Shown here piece by piece: positions 1 through 10,300 of a stretch of DNA of 32,000 bases. Source of the DNA: Methanococcus maripaludis (GTDB taxonomy: Archaea; AGJL01; Methanococci; Methanococcales; Methanococcaceae). The notes beneath the pieces are model-generated. The model saw nothing but the letters and a program-made list of their open reading frames with translations, made no database searches and was not told where the DNA came from. Numbering within the stretch: the first letter of the stretch is position 1; the number at the start of each line of letters is the position of its first letter. The stretch covers positions 780,001 through 812,000 of the forward strand of contig NZ_CP026606.1 of the NCBI RefSeq assembly GCF_002945325.1, in the 5' to 3' direction. The position numbers and the translations under genes are program-made.

Positions 1-1
1 A

Positions 2-160
2 CAAAATATTGCATTCCAAAACATTTTTGTTATTTTAATAGTAAAAATAGCATTTATTAGCCTTGGAATATTTGGAGAAACCACGATGTGGCAGGCCGTC
101 TTTGCAGACGTTGGAGTTGCCCTTCTTTCCGTCTTGAATGCAGTTAGAATTTTAAAATAA
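2..160 (+). CDS. Heavy-metal translocating P-type ATPase, C-terminal end (truncated by window edge)
   Basis: Frame 2 reads QNIAFQNIFVILIVKIAFISLGIFGETTMWQAVFADVGVALLSVLNAVRILK then TAA. The WQAVFADVGVALLSVLNAxR signature is typical of the last transmembrane helices of CadA/ZntA/CopA-type P1B ATPases. The ORF track does not list it because it has no start in the window. Confidence 0.85.
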   Translation, partial: QNIAFQNIFVILIVKIAFISLGIFGETTMWQAVFADVGVALLSVLNAVRILK

Positions 161-182
161 GATTTAATAAAATAAAAAAATA

Positions 183-593
183 TTATTTTTTATGTTTTAG
201 CATTTCTGAACCTTTTTCAGTTATATTATATCCATCGCCCAGTTTTGAGATGTATGCTGACTTTTCCAACTCTTCCAGATATTTTTCAACCATTTTACAG
301 CCAATGTCTTCTAAAATCATTTCATACCTATCAATAGATTCTTTACATGGGCTGTTATATACATTGTACAAAATCTCAACGTATTCTTTTATAACTTCGT
401 CATTTAATTTAAAAAATCCTTTTTCTAAATCGAATATTAATTCTTTTACGGATTCCCTATCTTCACCATAATGTTTCAATTTGTGTTCAATGTACAATTT
501 TTCAATTTCATCTAACGATAACACACTTCCTTCAAATGCTGAAAGAAGGTTTAATTGAAATCTATTTAATTCCCCAGTTTCTGGTTTGGCCAT
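183..593 (-). CDS. Hypothetical protein, 136 aa, charged, possible winged-helix-like
   Basis: Intact ORF with natural composition; C-terminal YNITEKGSEMLKHKK resembles the end of wHTH-type domains. Confidence 0.65.
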   Translation of the reverse strand: MAKPETGELNRFQLNLLSAFEGSVLSLDEIEKLYIEHKLKHYGEDRESVKELIFDLEKGFFKLNDEVIKEYVEILYNVYNSPCKESIDRYEMILEDIGCKMVEKYLEELEKSAYISKLGDGYNITEKGSEMLKHKK

Positions 594-706
594 TATTATC
601 CCCCGGATAGTTTATAATAAAATTATTTTTTGTAAGGCTATAAATATGTGCAAGCCCGAGTTAAATGATAGTATTGAAATTAGGCAGATTGCATCCTGGT
701 GATTTT

Positions 707-1261
707 ATGAAAATTTATTTTGCAACAGGGAATCAAAATAAGATTAATGAAGCAGAAATTATATTAAAAGAAGCTAATTGCGAAATCGAACAGATTGAAA
801 TTCCTTACGCGGAAGTTCAGGGAAGACTCGAAGAAGTTTCTGCATTTGGGGTTTTAGAAGTTTTTGAAAAATTCAATAGACCCGTTATAGTTGAAGACAG
901 CGGATTTTTCATCGAAAAACTAAATGATTTTCCAGGAACTTATTCAAGGTTCGTTCAAGAAACTATAGGAAATGAAGGGATTTTAAAACTTTTAGAAAAT
1001 GAAACTAACAGAAATGCGTACTTTAAAACAGTTATCGGCTACTATGATGGCGACAACATCAAACTATTTACTGGAATTGTAAAAGGAACTATTTCAACAG
1101 AAATAAAAGACGGTGGGTTTGGTTTTGCCTACGACAGCATTTTTATTCCAGAAGGGAAAACTAAAACATTTGCAGAAATGACTACTGAAGAAAAAAGCGA
1201 AATATCGCACAGAAAAAGAGCATTTTATGAACTTAAGAATTATTTAGAAACAAACTTGTAA
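707..1261 (+). CDS. XTP/dITP pyrophosphatase (RdgB/HAM1 family)
   Basis: [54 protein letters not shown] and SHRKRAF motifs. The start is placed at the ATG at 707, preceded by GGTGAT, rather than the track start at 665. Confidence 0.93.
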   Translation: MKIYFATGNQNKINEAEIILKEANCEIEQIEIPYAEVQGRLEEVSAFGVLEVFEKFNRPVIVEDSGFFIEKLNDFPGTYSRFVQETIGNEGILKLLENETNRNAYFKTVIGYYDGDNIKLFTGIVKGTISTEIKDGGFGFAYDSIFIPEGKTKTFAEMTTEEKSEISHRKRAFYELKNYLETNL

Positions 1262-1272
1262 CTAGTGAAAAA

Positions 1273-2154
1273 ATGAAAGCATTTGACATAATGAAAGCTT
1301 CCCAGATCGCCTGTTGCTTTGAAGTTGGAAGTTTTAAACCTGGAAACGTCCATAAAAATAGAGACTACGACGATATAAAATATCACCACTTTATAAGCTC
1401 GGGAATTGCATTTGGGGATATAATTTACGAAGCCTGCCTTGAAAAAAATAATATCGGAAATTTCATTAAAAAAGGAGTAATTGAATCCAAAAAATGGTCT
1501 CCAACAAATGCAAATCTTGGAATAATTATGCTTCACATGCCAATAGCAATTGCCGCGTCAAACTTAGATAAATTTAGCGAATCGCAACTAAAAAAAGAAA
1601 CAGAAAAAATTATTAAAAACACGACTGTTCAAGATGCAATTGAAGTGTATGGGGCAATTGAAATTGCACTTGCTTTTGTTAACACTCCTGAAAACGGGCC
1701 AGATTTAAAAAGTAAGGATGCTAAAGACGAACTTATTGAAAAAAATCTTACTCTTTACGATGTTTTTAAAATTTCATCCACTTGGGACAGTATTTCCAAT
1801 GAATGGACCGAAAATTTTAAGATATCCTACAAAGGCTATAATTTAATAAAGGAATACTACGAAAAATACAATAACATCAATATTGCAGTTACCAAAACAT
1901 TTATCAATCTACTCTCAAACTATCCGGACACGTTAATTGCAAGGAAAAAAGGTATCGATGTCGCTAAAATGGTTTCAGAAAAAGCTAAAGAAGTTTTAAA
2001 TAACTTCAATGAGGAATCGGTTTTGGAATTCGATAAATTTTTATCAAAAGAAGGTAATAAGTTAAATCCCGGAACTACAGCAGATTTAATCGCATCTTCA
2101 CTGTTAATATTTTTACTCGATAGAATCAGCAACGAAAAAACGATACTTTATTAA
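1273..2154 (+). CDS. Triphosphoribosyl-dephospho-CoA synthase family (CitG-like) protein
   Basis: [32 protein letters not shown]-like [16 protein letters not shown] and [19 protein letters not shown] motifs. Confidence 0.85.
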   Translation: MKAFDIMKASQIACCFEVGSFKPGNVHKNRDYDDIKYHHFISSGIAFGDIIYEACLEKNNIGNFIKKGVIESKKWSPTNANLGIIMLHMPIAIAASNLDKFSESQLKKETEKIIKNTTVQDAIEVYGAIEIALAFVNTPENGPDLKSKDAKDELIEKNLTLYDVFKISSTWDSISNEWTENFKISYKGYNLIKEYYEKYNNINIAVTKTFINLLSNYPDTLIARKKGIDVAKMVSEKAKEVLNNFNEESVLEFDKFLSKEGNKLNPGTTADLIASSLLIFLLDRISNEKTILY

Positions 2155-2165
2155 AAGGTGATTTT

Positions 2166-3890
2166 ATGGATAAATACGATAAAATAATTGATTTAACTAA
2201 AAGAAGAGGATTCTTGTGGAATTCTTTTGAGATATACGGCGGAATTGCAGGATTTTTTGACTACGGACCACTCGGTGCAATCTTAAAAAATAACGTTATA
2301 AACACGTGGAGAAAACACTATATCGTAAACGAAGGATTTTACGAAATCGACAGCCCGACAGTAACTCCTTACGAAGTTTTAAAAGCTTCTGGACACGTTG
2401 AAAACTTCACAGACCCACTCGTTGAATGTAAAGAATGTCTTGAGTCTTTCAGAGCTGACCACATCATCGAAGAAAATGTTGATGTTGATACTGAAGGAAA
2501 AACATTGCAAGAACTTCAAGAAATGATTGAAAAAAATAACATTCGATGTCCAAAATGTGGCGGAGAATTTAAAGAAGTAAGCACATTTAATTTAATGTTT
2601 GCAACTTCAATCGGCCCGGGTGGAAAAAGAGCTGCATTCATGAGACCGGAAACTGCTCAAGGTATCTTTATACAGTTTAAAAGAATAAGCCAGTTCTTTA
2701 GAAACAAACTTCCATTTGGTGCAGTTCAGATTGGAAAAGCATACCGAAACGAAATTTCTCCTAGACAGGGTGTAATAAGATTAAGAGAGTTTACACAAGC
2801 TGAAGGTGAATTTTTCATTGATTCAAGGAAAAAAGAGAACTTTGAGAAATTTGAAAGCGTAAAAGATATGGTTTTACCACTACTTTCCGGTAAAAATCAA
2901 GAAAACGAATCATTAAGCGCTGAAGAAAAAATTGTCAGAATGAGCCTTTCTGATGCGGTTAAAAACGGAATAATCGCACACGAAGCAATTGCATACTACA
3001 TTGCAGTTACAAAAAAATTCTTGATGGAAATTGGAATCGATGAAACAAAATTAAGATTTAGACAGCACCTTCCAAACGAAATGGCGCACTATGCTGCTGA
3101 TTGTTGGGATGCAGAATTATACACTGACAGATACGGCTGGATTGAGTGTGTAGGTGTTGCTGATAGGACAAATTACGATTTATTAGCGCATATGAAAAAT
3201 AGCGGCGATGATTTATCAGTATTTGTAGAACTCGAAGAAGATAAAGAAGTTGAAGTTTACGAAATCGAATTAAACTACAAATTAGTCGGAAGAACATTTA
3301 AAGGCGATGCAAAAGTTTTAGAAGAGTCTTTAAAAGAATTAGACGACAAAAAAATGGAAAAATTGGTAGAAGCTCTTGAAAAAGAAGGAAAATATGTTTT
3401 AAAAACATGTAAAAGAGACTTCGAAATATTAAAAGAATATTTAACTGCTAAAAAAGTTAAAAAGATCGTTAAAGGAGAAAAAATAATCCCTCACGTGATA
3501 GAACCTTCATACGGTATCGACAGAATTACATACTGTGTTATGGAACATGCTTTCAAAGAAGAGGAAGATAGAACCGTAATGGGCTTTTCAAATGCAGTTT
3601 CTCCAATAAAGGTAGGTGTTTTCCCACTTGTTAACAAAGAAGGAATGCCTGAAATTGCAATGGATTTGAAAAATAAATTAAGAGAAAACGGTTTAATTGC
3701 AGAATACGACGACAGCGGTGCAATTGGTAGAAGATACATGAGAATGGACGAGGTAGGAACTCCTTTCTGCATAACTATCGACGGAGAAACCTTAAAAGAC
3801 AGATCAGTTACAATTAGAGAAAGAGATTCAAGAGAACAGTTTAGAATCCCAATAAACGAAGTTGTGCCATACATTAAAGATAAACTCTAA
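2166..3890 (+). CDS. glyS: Glycyl-tRNA synthetase
   Basis: Class II aaRS features: RRGFLWNSFEIYGGIAGFFDYGPLGAILKNNV, MFATSIGPGGKRAAFMRPETAQGIF, FRNEISPRQG-like RNEISPRQGVIRLREFTQAEGEFF, C-terminal anticodon-binding domain. RBS AAGGTGAT upstream. Confidence 0.97.
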   Translation: MDKYDKIIDLTKRRGFLWNSFEIYGGIAGFFDYGPLGAILKNNVINTWRKHYIVNEGFYEIDSPTVTPYEVLKASGHVENFTDPLVECKECLESFRADHIIEENVDVDTEGKTLQELQEMIEKNNIRCPKCGGEFKEVSTFNLMFATSIGPGGKRAAFMRPETAQGIFIQFKRISQFFRNKLPFGAVQIGKAYRNEISPRQGVIRLREFTQAEGEFFIDSRKKENFEKFESVKDMVLPLLSGKNQENESLSAEEKIVRMSLSDAVKNGIIAHEAIAYYIAVTKKFLMEIGIDETKLRFRQHLPNEMAHYAADCWDAELYTDRYGWIECVGVADRTNYDLLAHMKNSGDDLSVFVELEEDKEVEVYEIELNYKLVGRTFKGDAKVLEESLKELDDKKMEKLVEALEKEGKYVLKTCKRDFEILKEYLTAKKVKKIVKGEKIIPHVIEPSYGIDRITYCVMEHAFKEEEDRTVMGFSNAVSPIKVGVFPLVNKEGMPEIAMDLKNKLRENGLIAEYDDSGAIGRRYMRMDEVGTPFCITIDGETLKDRSVTIRERDSREQFRIPINEVVPYIKDKL

Positions 3891-3891
3891 A

Positions 3892-4560
3892 TTAAAATTC
3901 CAATTTTCCTTTTTTGATAATTTCTAAGAAATTTTTAACTTCTAAATTATAATTTTTTGAAACAATTTCTGGAATATCTAAAAATCCGGTTACATTTTTA
4001 ATTATGTGAAAATCAGAAGTTGCAACAAATTCGTATTGTTTAAGCTCGAAATCGACTTTTTTTGATAAAATAACTTCCCCAGAAATTGAATATTTTTCCA
4101 TTAAATTCCTTGTTATTTTTGAAATTTCACCGCTTTTACTTGTTTGTTCATCAAAATATACATCAAAATTATTCAAATTTAAACTCAACATAGTTTTTAA
4201 AATAATTTCAATCGTTTCTTCAGATTTTTCAGTTAATTTGTATCCTTTTTGGTATTTTAAATCACGAATTACATTATCTTCGCAAATTATCGCTACACCT
4301 TCGATTAATGATTCTAAAGTTATTAAAACATTAAATCCATCGACTGCGATGGATTTTGTTTTAAACTCTTTTGTTAAATCTGTTCTTTTTTTAGTTAAAA
4401 CTTCCAAATGATTGTCAGAAAACATACACCGCCCAAAAAAGTTTCTTTCAAAACTATTTAACCCATAGTGATTTGTAACAAAATTTAAAGCGGATTTTTT
4501 TCGGTAATTTCGATTTAAAAGATATTTTAAGTCCTGATAAGTTTCAAAAAATGGGTTCAT
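3892..4560 (-). CDS. DUF434 family protein
   Basis: LTKEFKTKSIAVDGFNVLITLESLIEG, DVYFDEQTSKSGE and VATSDFHIIKN are consistent with the DUF434 family of archaeal proteins. Confidence 0.75.
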   Translation of the reverse strand: MNPFFETYQDLKYLLNRNYRKKSALNFVTNHYGLNSFERNFFGRCMFSDNHLEVLTKKRTDLTKEFKTKSIAVDGFNVLITLESLIEGVAIICEDNVIRDLKYQKGYKLTEKSEETIEIILKTMLSLNLNNFDVYFDEQTSKSGEISKITRNLMEKYSISGEVILSKKVDFELKQYEFVATSDFHIIKNVTGFLDIPEIVSKNYNLEVKNFLEIIKKGKLEF

Positions 4561-4654
4561 AAAATCGCCTTTATTGATTAAATAAAATTATAGAATTTAT
4601 GAAATAAATTTTTTTATGAAACTAAATGATACAAAAAATTAAAAATAAAAGATA

Positions 4655-5554
4655 CTAGTCTCGTTTAATGGTTGAATTAATATATACTCCGCTCATTATG
4701 AATAAAGTGCTTATTGCAGTTATTTTTGTAAATGGCTCCCGTAAAAAAATTGCAGAAAGCATAATTACAATTATTGGAACGAACTGGTAAAACAACATCG
4801 TTTTACTTGCCCCATGATATTTTAAAGATATCTGCTGTAATAGCTGTGCTAAAACCGATGCAAATACTGCCATATATATTATTGAAAGCCAAGTTTCCAG
4901 AGATGCATTTAATATCGCATTTATTGGGTTTTTTAGAATCATATATGGTATCAAAAGTACGACTGTTAAAATATACCCGTATGTTAATATTACCGATGGA
5001 GAATATTTTTGAGCGACTTTTTTACTGAGTACTGCGTATAATGCCATGCATAAAACTGCAGAAAACATTATAACATCCCCGATGTTAAATGAAAGGTTTT
5101 TAAGAACTTCTAAATTTCCGTTTGTAATTGTAATTAATACTCCAAAAAATGCAATAAATACCGCAAATATCCGTTTAATTCCAAAATATTCGCCTAAAAC
5201 TATTGCCGCAATTATTGAAGTAACCATTGGAGTTGTTGCCATCAATAGCGCAGAATTTATTGCAGTGATATATTCAAGCGACATGAAAAATAATGCATGG
5301 TACCCAAACATTCCAAATAATCCTGCTAAAATCACGATATATGCATCGTTTTTCTTTAATTTCAAATTTTTATGTTCTTTCTTTAAAACTAAAGGTAATA
5401 TTATTGCAGACGCTATTAAAAATCTTAAAAATGTTAATTCGTCCCATGAAAGTTCCAAAATTCCGATTTTTCCAGTTATAAATGCTCCGGCCCCGAAAAA
5501 AACTGCCGGAATCATCAGCAGAAATAATTCATATTTTTTCAAAAGTTTTTTCAT
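4655..5554 (-). CDS. EamA/DMT-family transporter (RhaT/YdcZ-like drug/metabolite exporter)
   Basis: Ten predicted TM segments in two EamA repeats (SWDELTFLRFLIASAIILPLV..., ...YEITAINSALLMATTPMVTSIIAAIVLGE). Confidence 0.92.
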   Translation of the reverse strand: MKKLLKKYELFLLMIPAVFFGAGAFITGKIGILELSWDELTFLRFLIASAIILPLVLKKEHKNLKLKKNDAYIVILAGLFGMFGYHALFFMSLEYITAINSALLMATTPMVTSIIAAIVLGEYFGIKRIFAVFIAFFGVLITITNGNLEVLKNLSFNIGDVIMFSAVLCMALYAVLSKKVAQKYSPSVILTYGYILTVVLLIPYMILKNPINAILNASLETWLSIIYMAVFASVLAQLLQQISLKYHGASKTMLFYQFVPIIVIMLSAIFLREPFTKITAISTLFIMSGVYINSTIKRD

Positions 5555-5591
5555 TCATGACACCACTACAATAATACATCAGAGAACAACT

Positions 5592-5674
5592 TTGTATAGT
5601 ATGTTACACAATTTGTATGATATTATGTAGTATAAATATATTATGCTATACAATACGTATGATATACTATACAA
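5592..5674. promoter_or_regulatory. Divergent promoter region with an 11-bp perfect inverted repeat (TTGTATAGTAT...ATACTATACAA)
   Basis: Arms at 5592-5602 and 5664-5674; related sequences GCTATACAA and TTGTATGAT lie between them. Located between the EamA transporter and the XRE/cupin gene. Confidence 0.45.
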
Positions 5675-5691
5675 AAATAAAGGTAATATTC

Positions 5692-6245
5692 ATGGAAAAT
5701 CCCAGCCACGTAATTTCTAAAAACTTAAAAAAAATAAGAAATGAAAACGGATTGAGCCTTGACGCAGTTTCAAAGCTTACTGGAGTAAGTAAGGGAATGC
5801 TCGGACAGATTGAGCGTGAAGAAGTAAATCCAACAATAACCACTATTTTAAAAATTGCGAATGGGCTAAAAATATCTTTTACATCGCTTTTAAGCGAAAA
5901 AGAAGCTGATGTAAAAACAGTAGAACTTAAAAAAGTTCGCCAATTTACGACGATAGTCAAAAATGGAGATCTTATCCATTATTTACTTTTGAAGACAGCA
6001 GACCGTTTGAGATATATCATGTTGAAGCCGATTCTGGAATGGTAATGAGTTCAGAAGGCCACATTAAAAATTCAGAAGAAACAATAACGGTTTATGAAGG
6101 CGAATTAACGATATCAATAGAGGAAAATACTTACACCATTCCAAAAGGAAATTCAATTCGTTTTAAGGCAGATGTACCGCACAAATACGAAAATAACGGT
6201 TCAGAAATGACTAAAATGCACATGATAATATATTACCCAAAATAA
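5692..6245 (+). pseudogene. XRE-family HTH regulator with C-terminal cupin domain, apparently interrupted by a frameshift near 5972
   Basis: The N-terminal ORF (stop 6045) carries the HTH ISKNLKKIRNENGLSLDAVSKLTGVSKGMLGQIEREEVNPTI. The cupin part is in another frame (YPLFTFEDSRPFEIYHVEADSGMVMSSEGHIKNSEETITVYEGELTISIEENTYTIPKGNSIRFKADVPHKYENNG, stop 6245) and is open from about 5973. Confidence 0.8.
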
Positions 6246-6261
6246 ATAAAATAAAAATAAT

Positions 6262-7491
6262 TTAATTTTTTGATATTTTTTGTTTTAAAGAATTAAAAGA
6301 ACTATAAATCGACATTGCTATTTTAGCTAGTTTTATTTTTAAATTAAATCCGCTTCCACCAAGTTCAGTTGAAACATCTTTTAAAAGTGCCGGAATATCA
6401 AGATTCTGTGGACATGATTTAACACATTTACCGCAATTTGTACAAAGGCCCGCGTGAGACTCTTCACCACCCATTACTCCACCTAATCTTGCAAGATACA
6501 AAAATCCAGTCTTTTTATCGTTAAAAATACTTTTTTCGTTGTACATTGAAAAGCAGGCCGGAATATCTACTCCAAATGGACATGGCATACAGTATCCACA
6601 GCCCGTACAGTTTATTTTCATTAATTTTCGATAAACATTTTTTACCTTATCATAAATTTCTAATTCTTCATTTGAAAGTGAATCTGGAGTGGTTTCGCTT
6701 GCAACTTTTAAATTTTCTTTTACGTGAGATTCTTCATTCATTCCAGAAAGAACGCATGTAACTTCGGGATGATTTAAAACCCATCGCAGTGCCCAGTCAG
6801 CAGGCGTTCTTTTAATTTCGTAGCTATTAAAAATTTCTTCTGCTTCTTTTGGAACTTTTTTTGAAAGGTTTCCGCCCCTTAATGGCTCCATGATAAATAC
6901 GCCGATTCCTTTTGATGCGGCATAGTTTAAACCTTTGGTTCCTGCCTGATTTTGTTCATCCAAATAATTATACTGAATCAAACATGCATCCCAATCATAT
7001 GCATCAATTATTTCCTTGAACGTTTCGGTATTGTCGTGGTAAGAAAAACACGCGTATTTTATTTTTCCACTTTTTTTAGCTTCTTCTAAGAATTTTAAAA
7101 CTCCAAGATCTTTCATTTTTGCCCAACTGTCCTTTGAAAGACTGTGAATAAAATAGTAATCGATAAAATCCGTATTTAATTTTTTAAGCTGGGTATCAAG
7201 ATACATTTCCATATCTTCATATTTTTTAACCTGCCACTGGGGAAGTTTTGTCGAGAGCTTTATTTTATTTCGGTAATTCTCTGAAAGAATTTCACCTAAA
7301 AAAGATTCACTTGCACCACCGTGGTAGGGAAATGCCGTATCAATAAAGTTTACACCATTATCTATCGCGTAGTAAATCTGTTTTTTTGCTTTTTCTTTAT
7401 CAATAGATCCGTTTTTGGTTGGAAGCCTCATTGCACCAAATCCGAGTGCTGAGATTTTGTCGCCAGTTTTTTTAATTTCGCGGTACTGCAT
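6262..7491 (-). CDS. Aldo/keto reductase with C-terminal 4Fe-4S dicluster domain
   Basis: AKR start [25 protein letters not shown], catalytic [11 protein letters not shown] region, C-terminal [17 protein letters not shown] and [18 protein letters not shown] ferredoxin motifs. The start is placed at the internal ATG (MQYREI). Confidence 0.9.
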   Translation of the reverse strand: MQYREIKKTGDKISALGFGAMRLPTKNGSIDKEKAKKQIYYAIDNGVNFIDTAFPYHGGASESFLGEILSENYRNKIKLSTKLPQWQVKKYEDMEMYLDTQLKKLNTDFIDYYFIHSLSKDSWAKMKDLGVLKFLEEAKKSGKIKYACFSYHDNTETFKEIIDAYDWDACLIQYNYLDEQNQAGTKGLNYAASKGIGVFIMEPLRGGNLSKKVPKEAEEIFNSYEIKRTPADWALRWVLNHPEVTCVLSGMNEESHVKENLKVASETTPDSLSNEELEIYDKVKNVYRKLMKINCTGCGYCMPCPFGVDIPACFSMYNEKSIFNDKKTGFLYLARLGGVMGGEESHAGLCTNCGKCVKSCPQNLDIPALLKDVSTELGGSGFNLKIKLAKIAMSIYSSFNSLKQKISKN

Positions 7492-7546
7492 AATTATCCC
7501 TATTTCCAAGATTTTTTTGTGATAAATAATTGATATATTTTTAAGA

Positions 7547-7562
7547 TTGACTACTCAGTCAA
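7547..7562. promoter_or_regulatory. Short perfect inverted repeat TTGACT-ACTC-AGTCAA, possible operator of the aldo/keto reductase
   Basis: Lies between a minus-strand TATA-like CTATATATATATCAC and the gene start, near the expected transcription start. Confidence 0.35.
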
Positions 7563-7648
7563 ATAGTACTTTGTTTTTGTGATATATATATAGCATTAGG
7601 CAATAACTTCTTTTTAAAAAATTAAAAATAAATGTTAGACCAATATAT

Positions 7649-8800
7649 TTAATTTAAATCGATTTTTTTCACACTTTGGGTCATTAAAATCGTTATTTTA
7701 TCTTTTAAAAGTTCAATTTTACATTTTTCTCCGACCGCATAATTTAATTTTTTGAATTTATCATTTTGGGCCTTTGACATAAGTTTTAAGCCATTTTGGA
7801 TTACTTCAAGGTATACAAGACTCGTAGAACCTTCATTAACCACATCTTTTATTATACATTCAAAAACGTTTTCTGTTTTTTCGCTGTTTATATCAATTAA
7901 TTTTATATTTTCAGGCCTGATTCCAAAGGAAACCTCATTCATCGATTTATTAAATTTTTTTATCGACATTTTCATGTCCCGATAGTCCAATACTGAAAAA
8001 TCAGGATTATTTTTATTGTAATCTATTTCTGCATTTGAAAAAATATTTATGTATCCAACGAGTTGTGCAACATTCGTGTTTATCGGGTTATAAAATATCT
8101 CTTCTGGAGTTCCGATCTGCTGAATCCGTCCATTATGAAATGTTACAACTTTTTCAGCCATTACAAAAGCTTCTTCAAAGCTGTGTGTCACGAAAACTAC
8201 AGGGATTTTTAATTCTTTTTGAATACTCCTCAAACTTTCCCTTAAACGCATTCTTGAAATCATATCCAGTGCAGAAAACGGTTCATCGAGTAGCAGTATT
8301 TTTGGGCTTGGTGCAAGTGCTCTTGCAAGAGCTACACGCTGTTTTTGGCCACCAGAAATCTGATCAGGATATCTATTTTCGAGTCCTTCAATCTGAGTTA
8401 ATACTAAAAGGTCAGATACCCTTTTTTCCTTTTCTTCTTCGCTTAAATGTTTAATTCCGTATTCAATATTTTCTTTGACTGTTAAATGGGGAAATAAAGC
8501 ATAATTTTGGAAAACATAACCTAAATTTCGTTCCTGTGGGGGCATATTTATGTTTTTATCGGAATCGTAATAGATTTCATTGTTTACAATAATCTTTCCG
8601 TTATCAGGATCTAAAAGGCCGGCAATACAGCCCAGCGTGCTTGTTTTTCCAGAACCTGACCTTCCAAATAAAACTATTATCGAACCGCTATCTATACTGA
8701 ATTTGGATTTTAAATTAAACGAAGGATTTTTATTCTTTTTTAATTTTTTCGATTCGTAGTAGTTTTTTTCAATATCTATTTCTAAAATCATAAATACCAC
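7649..8800 (-). CDS. modC: Molybdate/tungstate-type ABC transporter, ATP-binding protein
   Basis: Walker A GRSGSGKT, signature ISGGQKQRVALARALAP, Walker B ILLLDEPFSALD, H-loop VTHS, C-terminal regulatory region; directly adjacent to ModB-like and ModA-like genes. The start may be the MILEIDIEK methionine. Confidence 0.88.
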   Translation of the reverse strand: MVFMILEIDIEKNYYESKKLKKNKNPSFNLKSKFSIDSGSIIVLFGRSGSGKTSTLGCIAGLLDPDNGKIIVNNEIYYDSDKNINMPPQERNLGYVFQNYALFPHLTVKENIEYGIKHLSEEEKEKRVSDLLVLTQIEGLENRYPDQISGGQKQRVALARALAPSPKILLLDEPFSALDMISRMRLRESLRSIQKELKIPVVFVTHSFEEAFVMAEKVVTFHNGRIQQIGTPEEIFYNPINTNVAQLVGYINIFSNAEIDYNKNNPDFSVLDYRDMKMSIKKFNKSMNEVSFGIRPENIKLIDINSEKTENVFECIIKDVVNEGSTSLVYLEVIQNGLKLMSKAQNDKFKKLNYAVGEKCKIELLKDKITILMTQSVKKIDLN

Positions 8801-9466
8801 TTAAAACTTCCATTTTTCAACAAATCTTCCAGTAAGAAATATCGTCAAAAATGACATTATAACTAACAATACTACCAATACATTTGCTAAATCGTAGTTT
8901 CCGGTTTGAAATGCCTGGTAAATTGATAATGACATTGTATTTGTTTTTCCAGGAAGATTTCCTGCAACCATTAATGTCGCACCAAACTCACCAACTGCTC
9001 GTGCAAAACTAAGAATTGCGCCCGCAACTATTCCTTTTTTAGATAGTGGAAGGGTTATTTTGTAGATTGTCTGTAATTCTGTTTTTCCCAAAGTGTATGA
9101 TACATATTCAAGTTCCCTATCAACTGCAGAGATTGCAGCTGTCGTTGTTTTAACCATTAACGGAAATGATACGATAAATGCAGCTATTACAGCAGCCTGC
9201 CAGGTAAATAAAATTCCTGAGCCTGTAAATTTGTATATTAAACTTCCGATAAATCCATTTTTTCCAAGCTGTAGTGCAAGTAAATACCCCAAAACGGTTG
9301 GTGGAAGAACCATTGGAAGAGTTACTAAATTCTCCAGAATATCTCGCCCGTAAAATCGTTTTCTAGCGAGAATGTATGAAAGAATAACTCCAAAAATAAC
9401 TACAAAAAATGTAGATATAAAAGAAATTTTTAATGTAAGTACTAAAGGAAATACTATTGAATCCAT
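8801..9466 (-). CDS. modB: Molybdate/tungstate ABC transporter permease
   Basis: ModB family: TLPMVLPPTVLGYLLALQLGKNG, EAA loop LGKTELQTIYKITLPLSKKGIVAGAILSFARAVGEFGATLMVAGN. Confidence 0.92.
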   Translation of the reverse strand: MDSIVFPLVLTLKISFISTFFVVIFGVILSYILARKRFYGRDILENLVTLPMVLPPTVLGYLLALQLGKNGFIGSLIYKFTGSGILFTWQAAVIAAFIVSFPLMVKTTTAAISAVDRELEYVSYTLGKTELQTIYKITLPLSKKGIVAGAILSFARAVGEFGATLMVAGNLPGKTNTMSLSIYQAFQTGNYDLANVLVVLLVIMSFLTIFLTGRFVEKWKF

Positions 9467-9475
9467 GAAGTATCA

Positions 9476-10279
9476 CTAATTTTCTGCTGTAAAGCCATAA
9501 TCTGTCAAGATTTGTTTTCCGGTTTCACTTGTTAAATAGTCTAAGAAAACTTGGGCTTCTTCTTTATTCTCAGAAGAATCTATGATACATACTGGATAAA
9601 TAATTTCTGTAACAGTTGGTACTGTTGCTATAATCTCGATTGAATTTTCTTTTGCAATTTTTGCATCTGTCATATATACAAATCCTGCATCAACGTCCCC
9701 AGTTTCGAGGTAAGTTAAAACCTGTCTTACATTTTCTCCGTAAACCATTTTTTCTTCGAGTTCATCCCATAAACCAGAATTTGTGAGTGATTCTTTAGCA
9801 TATTTTCCAACAGGTGCAGTTTCAGGATTTCCAATTGAAACTTTTGTTACTGCGTCACTTGTTAAATCTTCAACTGAACTAATGTTCGATGGATTTCCAG
9901 CTGGAACGATTAATACTAAACTGTTTGACGCAAAATTCGTTCTAGAACCAGCGCTTGTTAAATTTTCATCTTCAAGTATGTCTACGTGTTTTTTAGAAGC
10001 TGAAGCAAATACATCTACAGGAGCTCCCCCTTCAATCTGCTGTCGAAGCGATCCAGATGCTGCAAAATTTAATTCAACATTAATATTTGGATTATCTTCT
10101 TCAAATGCTGCTGCAATAGCTGTCATTGCATCAGTTAAACTAGATGCTGCCGAAACGGTTATCGTGGTCGTTTTTTCTGCTGATGACGAATCAGAAACGC
10201 ATCCTGCAAAGAGTAACATTGCAGATAATAAAATTGCAGTTATAAGTCCTGTGATTATTTCTGATGACTTTTTGGCCAT
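9476..10279 (-). CDS. modA: Molybdate ABC transporter substrate-binding lipoprotein
   Basis: Lipobox LLFAGC, ITVSAASSLTDAMTAIAAAFEEDNPNINVELNFAASGSLRQQIEGGAPVDVFASAS is a canonical ModA N-terminus. Confidence 0.93.
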   Translation of the reverse strand: MAKKSSEIITGLITAILLSAMLLFAGCVSDSSSAEKTTTITVSAASSLTDAMTAIAAAFEEDNPNINVELNFAASGSLRQQIEGGAPVDVFASASKKHVDILEDENLTSAGSRTNFASNSLVLIVPAGNPSNISSVEDLTSDAVTKVSIGNPETAPVGKYAKESLTNSGLWDELEEKMVYGENVRQVLTYLETGDVDAGFVYMTDAKIAKENSIEIIATVPTVTEIIYPVCIIDSSENKEEAQVFLDYLTSETGKQILTDYGFTAEN

Positions 10280-10300
10280 ATTTTCTCCCCTTTATATATT

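Noticed and set aside
3058-3874. Minus-strand ORFs (3058-3297, 3491-3874) inside glyS
   Set aside because: Antisense frames of a highly conserved gene; low-quality composition.
5046-5630. 194-aa plus-strand ORF opposite the EamA transporter
   Set aside because: Antisense frame of a well-supported membrane transporter. Its long open frame is explained by codon bias in AT-rich sequence.
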